Source: Vicugna vicugna
Taxonomy: Eukaryota
Reading direction: 5' to 3'
Assembly: GCA_013265495.1 (NCBI GenBank)
Contig: MU058384.1
Location: 309,622-373,621, forward strand
Length of the DNA stretch: 64,000 bases
Part shown: piece by piece, positions 26,922 through 38,880 of the stretch
How the letters are laid out: each line of letters begins with the position of its first letter
How positions within the stretch are numbered: the first letter of the stretch is position 1
Position numbers and translations under genes: made by a program
Notes under the pieces: generated by a model
The model's input: the letters and a program-made list of their open reading frames with translations, nothing else
Told to the model about the DNA's origin: nothing
The model's database searches: none

Positions 26922-27167
26922 TAATGGTAAAATGGCCAAAGGCCTTATAGTAATAAGGATGCATGAGATTCATTTTTGCAGTGTCAACCTAGTTATCACA
27001 TAACTTGCCCTCAGTGCTACCACAGTGTCACCATAGATACATACCTTCAGTTGCATTCTGCCACATAGACATTTATTTTTAATAGCACCCCAAGCAACTT
27101 GAGAAGGAGAAAGGAAAGCAGTGGATGGCGAGAGTTTACAGAAACAAACAAAAAAAGTCATTGAATG

Positions 27168-27667
27168 TGTTAGCAACTCCAGACTCGCTCTGCTTGCCAC
27201 ATGACAGGCCAGTAAATTGGGAGATGTGGTGCTGGGGCAAGAAATAACATCTTTATTCAGATGGCAGACTAGTGCCTGGGAGAACCATCTTCTCCAAGTC
27301 AGAATTCAGGCTCCTTTTATACTAAGAAGGGGAGAGGCTGTGGTTGATTGCTGCAAGCTTCTTGGTGTCAGAAATTTTGGTTCTTGTAGCTGTCCATGTA
27401 GGTCAGGTCCTGGTGTCCCTGGCAACCTCCAACGAGACGAGTGTTATTTTCTGTTCTGCAACTTTTTATCTTTATATGAGTGGGAAAGTGTTAATACTCT
27501 TAAAGGTCAGAGCCTTGAGAACTGTTACCTTATGTATTTCAGGCTTTAGGCAACATTCTTTTACAAAACGTGCAGAACCAGCATGACTAAGCTCAGGAAA
27601 CAGAGCACAGGATTAAAGCCAAAGGAACAGATCTAACATGGACTCAGATTTGTTCTTCCCTTTTGTA
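27168..27667 (-). mobile_element. solo ERV1-type LTR (about 500 bp)
   Basis: TGTTA start; TTTATT (AATAAA on minus strand) near 27253; TTTTATA (TATA on minus strand) near 27315; flanks AATG/AGTG. Confidence 0.75.
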
Positions 27668-29639
27668 AGTGGAGGATCCCAGAGTTCTCCCACACTTAAA
27701 AAACGAATTTCTTCAAGAATTCCATGAGAAATTGAGAAAAATACTGGGTCATCATTTCTACATGGAAGGGAAGTTGAGCTCAAATTTCATTTGACTATCA
27801 GAGAACATAGGAAGCCAATTGCCGTCTAAGGTGAACATGGACTGTGAAAATACGCATCAGTATTTTCAGGTTGACTGCATATCCATATGGTTAAAGACCA
27901 TCATTTTTTAATACAAAAAAAATTCTAAGTAAGAGTTTCTAAAACAAATTAAAATCATACTGTTTTTCTAATAATTTTCTTATCATAAAGATCCTCTTGA
28001 ACTTTGAGGATAAATAAAACATTATAAATATGTCCTGGGAAAAGAAAATTCACCTTTGGCATTTCCCTTTTGTTTCAAAATGCAGGTAAATTGTAGCTTC
28101 ATGTAGCTTTATTCACGCAAGTAGTTTTTCTAGAGCTTGTGATATTGATAACTCTATTCAAATAACTATATTTATAGGATTGGTCACTTATTGGTGATTT
28201 TTCCAATATTATATAAATATGCATTCAATATTGTTATGCAGTTGATGATAAATGGCATAATCGTAATGTCATTGCATTTTCATTAGCTCTTAAATAGAGA
28301 ATAAGAACGTTTCTAACATAAGATGCATAAAATATCCACATTTCTTAAAAATTGGCTTACATACCTGTTGGTAGATGTAATAGAAATTTTTGTCCTGAGT
28401 TCCTCATTATTAGCCTGATGTTTTAAGTAGATTTAACATAAATAAATGAATATAATATCAATATGAGGCCAGCAAACTCTGTAATTCACTCAGAATACAT
28501 ACTGCTTTAATGATCATTTCACACAGGTGCAGAGCAATCAAATATAGAAATACACTCAATAAATTGGCAAAATGTGGCTGTTTCTAAAATTGTAGAATTT
28601 ATCTGGTGAAATAGTATCTCTTCTCTTGAGAATTTATTAGCATGAAGTGATTCTCAGAGGTTTTTTTGTCTAAGTCATCACACCAGTGATACATAGTCCA
28701 TCAATTTTTAGAGGAAAAAAATTGTTTTCAAAATCACTGTTTACCAAGGGAATTTACAGAACTTTAGATGAGTAGTAGCAGTTTAATATTTTATTTTATT
28801 AGGTAGTGAAAACCTTTTCAAATGCTAAGAATGTATGTCTTTCTTCTTGTTTAATCCAGGAATACAGATTTACTTTTTATCTGGTTTTTTAAAAAAAAAG
28901 CCATCCTGGCATCATTGACTGAGTGTAAATGTTATAAAGATGATGGCAGCTTTATTTAGAAAGTATGATTTACACTCAAGGATGCTAGAGATGAAATTCT
29001 GAAGATGGTGATAATCATAATTTTTCTTCAGCTACCAGGGAATTCCATACTTACATAAATCTGTGTGGGAAATATTGGGAAGGCAACCATGGGTGAGAAG
29101 GCAAAATAACAATGCTATAAATTTCTCGAGGAATTGAATGGCAAAGTAGATCCACTTGTAAGATCTACTTGTGATGACAGATACTCAGAGGAGCTTCTAC
29201 ACTGGTTGTGAATTTTCAAAAAGTTCATGGAGAAAAAAATCTCTTCTCTTTTAATGATACTTAAAATTTTATTATAAAAAGTTTTTCTGCAGTTTGTATG
29301 TTAGGCAATATAAAGTGGTTGTTTATCATCTTTGAGTGGCAAAACTCTGCAAGAAAAGGTAATATCTGATGTGAGTAAAATATTATCATTTATATAATTT
29401 CGATTTCTAGAGATAAAGATCATAAGATAAAGACTTTATTTTCCTCTGTTCTCTAAAGAAATGTTCTTTTAGAATAATACAGAATTTCTCCCTCTACTGA
29501 ACCATATTTTTTAATTCATACAATTTGACTTCTATTCTACTTCTAATAAAAGGTGTCAGTGACCTCTGGTTTATGAATCAATCACCTTAATAATAATAAT
29601 AATAATAGTTTTTTTTTTCTATTTGAGACTCTGTCCAAA

Positions 29640-30490
29640 ATGTCTTACATATATTATAAAACTGTGAACAGTTTGCATTCTTTCTTTAAATAATATAATT
29701 CTCCAGTAAAGCTGTATATATTTAGAGCTTTCTTTGAGGGAAAATTTTAAATTACACTTGAATTTCATTTTTTTTTGTTCATATGCCTACTTAAATTTCC
29801 TATGTCTTCTTCAATCAGTTTTGGTCATTTTATTCTAGAAAATTTTCCAGTTAATCTAAGTTGTCTGCTTTGTAGGCATCATAAAGTTATCCATAATATT
29901 TTGGTATAATCCTTTCAAGTTTTGTAACATCAGTATGTTATTTTATCTCCTCTTTAATACGTGATTAATTTAATTCTTGTTTGTCTCTTTTTTTCCCGTA
30001 GTTGATCTAGTTAAAAGTTTCTAAATTTTATTGATTTTTTCCCAAAAAAACGAATGTTTGGTTTCATGGATTTTTCTCTATTGTTTTTGCATTTTGTATT
30101 TCTTTCATTTCCATTCTAATTAAGTTACCTCTTGCCATCTGCTAGTTTTTGCAGTAGTTTGCTGTTTCTTTTTATCTGGTATCTTGAGGCAGAAGCTTAA
30201 GGTATTTATTGAGCTCTTTTCTCATTTTTTAAAATCGAGGTATTAAAAGCTGTACATTTTCCTCTAAGCATAATTTAGCTGTATCCTTAATTCTGATAAA
30301 TCGTGCTTTAGTTTTCTTTCATCTCAAAGTATTTCCTAATTTCATCTTTAAATAATGAGTTATTTTAAAAAGTGTTTAATTTTCAAATATATGTAAATTC
30401 CCAGGTATCTTTTTGTTGTTGATTTCTATTTTGATTCTGTTCTTATTGCATAATATTTTGTATGGTTTTTATCCTTTGGAATATATTGAG
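29640..30490 (-). mobile_element. ancient L1M ORF2 fragment
   Basis: T-rich antisense L1 motifs, e.g. TTTTATTGATTTTTTCCCAAAAAAACGAATG and CATTTTCCTCTAAGCA. Confidence 0.7.
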
Positions 30491-33323
30491 TCAGAGAAGG
30501 ACGAGGAGGTGTCAGAGGAAGAGATTATGAGGAGGAGAGGGAGAAGAAAAAGTATGAAAAAAATAAGAAGACAACCTTAATGGAATAATAGAAGAATAGT
30601 TCTGTAAAAAGATGGCATATCTATGGCAAGATACATTTTTTTATAAAGTTTGGCCTTAATCCCCAAAATCAGTTTAGATTTAATTTTTTACAGAACTGAA
30701 AGTGTTAAAATGAATTAATTGTGTATTAATATAATACAAAGATGATATTTTGAAGATGTTCAAGGTCCATACTAACTGAGGATATAGATTTTAACCCAAG
30801 TAGAATGAATTTATTAATGTCAGGGTGTATTTTAATTTATGTAATTTGAGGATATTTTCATTTAATTATTGTAGGGTAAGGACTTGACCTCATTAACTAA
30901 AAAATGGACAACAGTTTAGTAATACTTCAAAGTATATTAATTAATGGAATCATAATTCTTCTTTGGAAAGAAAGACAGTTGATTCATGCATCTATATTTA
31001 CTTTCCAATAGGATAAGTCTCACTGTCTCCAATGAATACAAAAAACACAGTATCCTAAGGCTCGTACCTGTAATTGTTAGTAAGAAAATAATTTACTTTT
31101 CAACTGAAATGATTTAAAAAGAACTGCTGTTTTAAAGTAGTGAGGATGAAGGTATAATTGCCTAAAGAAAAAACTCCAGAGAGATGTTTATATGACCCCC
31201 CTTAAAGTGAAATATATGTAAGTTTATAATTGCATAGTGATTTTTCTGATTTTTTTATTCAATGTTAGTTAATGGCTAAACCTTCTAAACTATGCAAAGT
31301 TGGAATTAGGCAAACTACATCACTAGACGATTTAATTCCTGCCATGATCCCTTATACTTTTTGGAACTTTATTCTTTTCTTTTGAAGCTTATCTAGCAAA
31401 TCAGGTGCTTAGCATTTGTAATGGAATAGTGATGGCAAGTTTATCAAATCAGAGCAAAGGAACCCTTCAGAACTTGTTTACAACTGCTCCACTGATGTTC
31501 CTGACACTAGGAAACCTCCTCTGTAGGTGAGAAAATAGTTTCATCTTCCTGGGGCCTCTGTCAACAGTAAGACTAATTAATGCCAGTTATGAAGGCTGTC
31601 TTTGCTGAGGCCTCGTTTCCTCTGCCCCTAGAATACAGGCCACCACAGTTACTTTGGTAATGGGTATTGTTCTGTCAAGTTTAAAAGGAAAATATTTCAT
31701 GCATTTAGAAATAATTCACCAACTTTTTGAGTGAAATAATAAAAGAGCCACATTGAATTAGACCAAAAAATCTGTAGTTGATAAACAATTTAGAATAAGC
31801 TCAACATTTCCTGATCATTAAAATAACAGATATACATTTTTTGAAAAAAACAGTTTATGTTAAAAGATATTTGAGAAGCTTCCACTCTTCATCCCAATTT
31901 GTGGGATTTTTTTTTCTCAAATATGAGAGGTCTATAAGCAGCCTAAGACCTATATATCAATGTTGTTCTAACATGTAAGTCATCTTCTTAGCATATTTCC
32001 ACTCAGTTTCTTTAATCCAGAAAACAGACGCATACCTGAGTCAGACATATAATTGACAGTAGTGCCCTGAACGATGGTGGCTGCCCTAAACATCCCTGTG
32101 AAAGGGTAAGGTTATCATTACTCGTGTTGACAAGAATCCCCAGGTATATTCAGTAACACTTTTCTAATAGTTTTATTAAAAAAATTGAATATCCATCTTG
32201 AAAGAGCTTCTCAGTATGAGAGAAATAATTGAATGCATACTCTTTGGAGCATTTTCAAAGTATGTTGGAAAGATTCAGCTATGTTAATGTAAACATAATA
32301 TAGAAGGGAAACCATCAGTAAATCCTATTACCCCGTGTTTTCTATTTGAGGAACGTAGCTGATGATCACTTACTGCTCTACTCCACAGGAAATTGACTTA
32401 AGAAGTGTTTTTTAAGTGCTTAAAGAGGGAAAGTACTGAATAATTACAAGTTTAATTAGTTAAAATATGTAAAGACAAATCTTTTGCATTCTGAAACCGT
32501 CAACTCTCAAATAACCTAAATTTCTTGATTGGGCTTGGAAAGCAATTAGGTTGAACTATCCCTTACCAACCTAAATTTGCATGTTAAATTGCATTCTGAT
32601 CTGCTCATGTAAAAACACGTTTGAGAGAGAAACAATACTTCCACAGGGGTAGTATAAACTTTTGGACATGTTAATGTAGAAAATAAATATGATTGTGGAA
32701 CTTTTAAAGCTTAAATTTTCTGGGACAGCCCAAACCTTAAGTGTAGAAAATGTTGAAGTCTAAGACTCACAGAAAGGCCAGAACTTCCTCTTTGGGGGAC
32801 AGTATTGCTCTCTTACTTCAAATTCTCTTTAAAAATTTAAGTTTTTCCTGCAAGGATGCAATAACCAGAGCTCAACGACCAGGGACCAAAATATTTAACA
32901 TTCACATGCTTAGCAACGACTCTGGTATGTATCATTCTACTAATTATACAATTAATTTTGAAATAGAACACTCCCCAATAGGCTTGTCATACAGACACAC
33001 ACACACAAAATCCCACATAGACATGCATGCTTACATATTATGTGTGAGTATTTGGTAGTTAAATCAATTTAATAAACTGTTAAATAAAATATGTTTAAAC
33101 TCCTTTTCTTAGCAAAAACCCTTGTAGAGAGCCAAAGGATGAAGTTTTAATTTAGGTTTCTCATACTCTTTTGAATTCCATTTCAGATAATGGTAGTGTA
33201 TGCAGAGCTGACCTCCAGTCCTTGTCCTGCTCCCTTTTTTTTTTCCCCTCCCATTTCAGGCTCCATGACAAACTATGTGGCTTGCTGTATACATCTTTAG
33301 AACCTTAGCCCCCAGGTAAAGGC

Positions 33324-33805
33324 TGTCAACTGAAATAAATGTGCAGCCTAAAAGTTGAGAGTTATGTTTTATTTGGCTGGAGGACTCAAACTGGGATGAC
33401 AGCCTCTCAGATGGCTCTGAGGGAATGCTCCAAATGGTAGGGGAGGAGCTAGGATATATAGGAACTTTACAACAAAGACCAGGTAGTTGAAACAATAGAG
33501 GATTACTTGTTATCTAAAGACAACCAGGCATCTCAAGTTAAAGAATTTAGTGCTTTTCTGTGTATGGGTGGAAGCAAACATTTGAGCTCATTGACTTCAT
33601 TCCTTTGACAGCGTCTAGCTATCTAGGGCCAGTGTCCTGGCCTTTCTTATTCTGAGTCCCCTCCGAGTGCACCTTGGTGAGTGGCTACAGAGGCTGGGCT
33701 GCAAGCTTGTCTTCACTGTGGGGGGTGGCGGCAGCAGCTGCTAATGACCTGATGGCTCCAGCATTCTTTGTTTACTGATATGGTTTGCAGTATTTTTTCG
33801 TCACA
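33324..33805 (-). mobile_element. solo ERV1-type LTR (482 bp)
   Basis: TGTCA...TCACA termini; perfect 4-bp TSD AGGC (33320-33323, 33806-33809); TTTATT and TATATA signals oriented for the minus strand. Confidence 0.85.
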
Positions 33806-33889
33806 AGGCTCAGTCCACATACTGTGCAGATGCCCCTCGAGAACTCTTAGGACCTAGGGCTGTTCAGTGGGGATTTCTTTCTCTCCTAT

Positions 33890-34200
33890 GGGTGCTAAGT
33901 ACAAATAAATGTGCTGCACATTATAGAAAAACAAATATAAGAAGACTCTGAAGGTAGGGAAAGAATGCATGCCCACTAGGGATATCAGGACCCAGGAACT
34001 GATATGATAGTGAGTTCCCTCGGTTTTCTGTCTCATGTACCCTAGAACTTGGAGCTGAAGAAGGAGGCCAATGGGGAATGTCAACTGGTACAGAACAAAA
34101 ATATCCTCATGGAATCCTGCTCTTTGTGGCCAAGAAACCTGGAAAAGGGTGCCTAGAGAAATGGCAAACTTTTAGACAGTAACAACTGTAGCCAAATATG
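33890..34200 (+). mobile_element. ancient L1ME-like 5'-region fragment
   Basis: AAGTACAAATAAATGTGCTGCACATTATAG...CAGGACCCAGGAACTGATATGATAGTGAGTTCCCT. Confidence 0.45.
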
Positions 34201-34217
34201 GGGGGAGGGGTCCCCTC

Positions 34218-34248
<31 letters not shown>
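34218..34248. repeat. (TG)n microsatellite
   Basis: Directly visible, with one interruption. Confidence 0.95.
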
Positions 34249-34479
34249 ACTGGCACTCACACATGCTCACATGTGCACACATGCACATACTGTAGTGGGA
34301 AGGTGGGGAGAGGGAGATGGGGAGTGTTCTGAGAAGGAACAGAGTGAAGTTCTTCTGAAGCATGGAATTCGGAAGAGGACTTCCTCCTACCATTGTTTAA
34401 AAGCAGAATTTATTAATTAATAATAAGCAGCTTCCTGAATTTGTTTAGCAGATAAGCAACAAGCAGTGTCTTGGTCAAA

Positions 34480-34700
34480 ATCAGTGTGTTCCTTTTGGCC
34501 TTGCATACTTGGCTGCAAGATGGCTATGGCAGCTCTCATGATTACAGTCCTGTGATGGGAAACATTGCAGTGTGTGAAAGATCATTTCTGCATCTGCATT
34601 TTATTGTTATTAGGGGAAATAAAAAGACTACTCCGAAGAATCCAAGAAGAAATTCCTTAACATTTTATTGGCCAGAACTGGACACTCGTAGTCCAGGTGC
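34480..34700. mobile_element. old MaLR LTR fragment (MLT1J/K-like)
   Basis: GCAAGATGGCT...TTATTGGCCAGAACTGGACAC. Confidence 0.5.
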
Positions 34701-35619
34701 TGGAATCATTTCCCCAGAAATTAAGAATATAGGGATGACTATAGGGGAACCTCTTTTTGCTGGGGTAGAAGAACTTGAGAAGATTGGGAAAGGTTGCAAA
34801 AAGCTTTGGTTTCTCTAAACAGCAATGTAACAAGCTGTCTTAATGTAGCTCCTACATTAGCCATTACATGTGTCTTCCAGTCCACCATGGTTCACTGAAA
34901 ATTCAATAAATTCACGCGCATGTTCTGAAATAGCAAATTCCACCTCCAGCCAAGAGGGCCGGAGTCCCTTTGGAAGCAGATCAATCAGAAATGTTTTCCT
35001 GTAGCTGTGCTAGCCTCACGGGACTTTGATATCACAGGGGGATTTAATCTCTGTTCAACAGGATCTAGCGGATACACGCTATTATCCCTAGTCTTCCAAA
35101 AGTCAAAGTCCCATTGGAACACATACGTTACCATACTAGTGGCTTTGTAGTACTTTCTTACTCAGGCAAGAATTGCCCACTCTCCCCACTCCCAACTTTT
35201 CCCACTGTGCCTCATGGAGTCCTCAAACAGATGCAGGTACATTATCCTATACTTGAGAGTAGTCATAAAATCCTACCTTTTTATTCTTGCCTTAAGTTAA
35301 GCCTGCCCTACCATCCCTCTGAGAACACCACTGTTACTGCTCATCAAGTCAATACTCAAAACTGAATCAGCTTGTACACAGTGGTGGCATTTTCCTAAGT
35401 CTACACTGCAAAATCTGGACAATTTAATTTTCATTTTTCTTAAGCATGTTTTCTTCTTTATAGTTTATGTCAATTGATTTTGCTGTCCAGCCTCCTTCAT
35501 TGTAAATAACTACTTTTCCAATCATTTATTAAGGTTTTAGCATTTGAACAACAATCATTTACATTTCCACAGGTCACATCAACACTGGCTATTCTTTTTT
35601 TTAATGTATTTAAAAATAA

Positions 35620-38600
35620 AAAAAACTTCAATATTTTATATTATGAAAGAATTAATGCATACATAAGAAATAGCAACCATACCAGTACAGAAAAACTTCT
35701 AACCTGTTCAGTCGAATTCCTTATAGGTATATGTAGATTAACTCTTCTCTTTATATTTCCTACTCTGATTACTTAATGATGTTAGAAAATAGCTTTACAT
35801 ATTTCTTTCATGAATAATCAACTTTAAATTAAACTGACATGTCATTAGCTAATGTTAATTGGTACTGTTTTTGCTTCTTCACAGACATCTCGGGAACTTA
35901 GAACATTATACTCCATGGACACCACTCCAGTTTACATACAGTTTTGATCTTATAGTTTAAATCTGTATTATTTTAAATGTATTAAGACAATATAGGTATT
36001 GCTTTATGGAGATATTCTCATATTTTTTTTTCTTTCAATTTTTCTTTATTTCTTTCCTATGTCTCTGAATTTTCACTTTGGAGTATTTCCCTTCTGCTCA
36101 TACAGTACTCTTTATTATTTACTTTAATACAGATTTCTTGACAATAAGCTATCCATTTTTTTTGTCTAAAAAAAAGTATCTATTTCATTTATAATTAGAA
36201 GTTATCTTTATGGTGTATATACATAATTATAAATTAGTTATTTCTTTTCCTTTGTCTTCTGTTCTCAATTGTTTCTCCTGAGATATATCATCTGAAATCT
36301 AACTGTTGTTTCTTTGAAGGTAAGTTGTCTTTTTCGGGGGCAGGGCTGTTGGTATGCTTTTAGAAATTTGATTATATATTTCATTTTCAGGGGTGTCGTT
36401 AATACCTTATATTTTGATAAGGGCATTTATCTTGTTTAAGGTTTGTAGAGTTTCTTGAATATGTGGTTTGATTTCTTTTTTAATTTTTGAGGAAGAAATT
36501 CAATTTATTATCTCTTCAAATATTACTTAGGCCTTATTCTTTTTCTTCTCTTCTTCAGAGCTCCATTTAGACCTTAATGAGACCTTTTACTCTATTCCCT
36601 AAATCTCATATATTTTCTTCTGTATTGTCAGTCATTTTATATTCTTTCTTACTCTGATAGCTTTTCTGACCTTTCATTGATTATTTCTTAATTCATCTCT
36701 GTCAAATATGATGTTAAAGGTATACATGATTTCATATAGCATTTTTTCAGTGGTAGAACTATCATTGTTAATGTTGATTTTGGTTCTTAAAAATAGTTGT
36801 TAGTGTTCTACTAAAGATCTCCTAATCTTTGAGAGTACTAAGAGTGGTTAGTTTAAGTTATAGTCTGTTTTTCTCTTTTTATTAACATTGTATATCCCTT
36901 CCTGTGTCTATTATTTTTTTTTATTTTCTGCTGGGTATTAAAGAGAAATTGTTGGAATAACTTGAAGATTGAACAAATTTTGTCTTTGTTTAGAAAGAAT
37001 TTATCTAATTATCTATCTCCTTTTTTTTTTTTTAAACTGTGTCAGGGGACTAGCAGATTTATCTAGCTCTCCATATTCCCCCTATCACAGTTGTAGGTAG
37101 TGAGATGATTTGAATGTGACCCTAGTCCATGCAAGTACTAGGTTACGTCTGGTTTATGTTTATTCCTACGTGTATTCTTTTCAAAATCTCAAACAAAAAC
37201 ATAGCGTTCTTACCAGGGGTCATTGTCCTTGGCTGATTCTGACCTACAGTTTAGTTTCTCTAACTTCATGAATGTGTCCAAGTCTCTGCATGGTTTCCCA
37301 GCCTTTAATGTGCCTCTTCTGAAATCGACAGAAACACCTCTCTGTAACGCTGTCCAATAGAAACTTGCATCACAGTGGAAACGTTCTCTGGCTGTACTTG
37401 CAGTAGAGTAGCCACTGACCTCATGTAATTTTTGAGTACTTGAAAAGATACTAGTACATCCAAGGAACTGAATTGTTGTTTTAATTTAATTTTTCATGTA
37501 ATTTTAAAATTTAATTTAAATACCCAATATAATGCTATTGGCTACTTTATTGGGCAACAGTTTTAAGAAGGAAAATGTTCCAAAATGCTAGGGTCATATT
37601 TATGAGTTTTCTTCTTCTTCAAGAATCTCATCTTCATAAATTATTACTGCCTGTCTTTTGCCTTTTAATTATTTCCAGACCATATTTTACCTAGTTGTGT
37701 AGTTTTTTTTGTTTGTTGTCAGCATCAGGGCTGATGCGTGTTAACTAGTCTGCCATTTCCAGAAGCAGAAGCTTTCTTTTTTTTTTTATCACTTTCATAC
37801 ATTTAACAAAAAAATTAAATTTGTTTGGTTATTTATTTCATACTGTATCTCTTGACTGCCTGCTATTTTAATGTTAGCTGTTGCTTCTACTGTTTCTCTT
37901 GACTCTTAGGTATTCTAATGACTCTTGACAATTTTATTGGTTTTCCAATTGCAGACATTTATAACAGGATTCTCTTTTATGATTATAATCAAACTTTTTA
38001 TTTTCTCTTTTGTATTTTCTGAAAATTAAAAAAAATAGCATATAGCTTTATCACATTTTAACTAAATGTGTATGATTCCAAGGATAACAGATAATGTGAT
38101 TTGACTGATAGAGTCAGATGAGATATAATCACATCTCATTCATGGGAGAAGGTCACAAATATTTCCCTCTCTCTCACTCTCATACACAGATGTATACACA
38201 CACACATTTTCAACAGTTGCTCAAATCAGCCCCTATTTCAGTTTTTTCCACAGGTGCATACTGCTTTCTTATTTATATATTTTTTTGACATTTTCTGGTA
38301 CTTCTAATAGTTTTTATATTAGATAAACTTTTTCAAGAATCTTTTAATTTTGTTATTTTGTATAGATATATGCATTATTTCCAGTGATCATTTTCATATT
38401 TTTCATGCTATAGTTTTTCCATCCATTGCAATTAATTTCTGATTTATTTTCTGGGCTGCAGACTAATATCTTTAAGTAATTTTTTCCTTTATTTTTTATG
38501 ACTCTACACCGTATACACATTTTCTGGCTATAAACCTAGGTTTGCATCAATTCTCTTATATTCTGTAGCTATAGTTGTATTATCTTCTGACTTTTAATGA

Positions 38601-38880
38601 GGGCAAACTTAAAAGTTAAGCAGCTGAGTTATTCTCCTTTTCTTGGCTATTTAGCCAGTTTTGTTATTTTTTTATGTGTGTTTTTCTTCCTAGATGTTTA
38701 ACATATCTGTAAAAACCAATACCACACAGTATGTTGTGCTGTGCTACCCTATTTTGCTTGAGAGCGAAACAATGTTTCAGGCTGCATACTCAGATTTATT
38801 TGCGTACTTTGGAAATTTTCAGCTATTCTTTATCAAGACTATGGGCATCACTCACAATGTATACCTGAATTTTTAACATT
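35620..38880 (-). mobile_element. patchwork of ancient antisense L1M/HAL1-like fragments
   Basis: T-rich degenerate ORF1-like antisense motifs (TTATCTCTTCAAATATT at about 36510; TTTGGAAATTTTCAGCTATT at about 38810). Confidence 0.55.
37346..37560. mobile_element. MER3 (hAT-Charlie MITE)
   Basis: CGCTGTCCAATAGAAACTT...GTAGCCACT...GGAACTGAATT...AT-rich centre...TGGCTACTTTATTGGGCA. Confidence 0.85.

Noticed and set aside
28370..28415. Minus-strand mini-exon (ANNEELRTKISITSTN)
   Set aside because: The acceptor is weak and I found no partner exons.
35076..35091. Mitochondrial 16S-like motif CGCTATTATCCCTAG (possible NUMT)
   Set aside because: Similarity does not extend to either flank.
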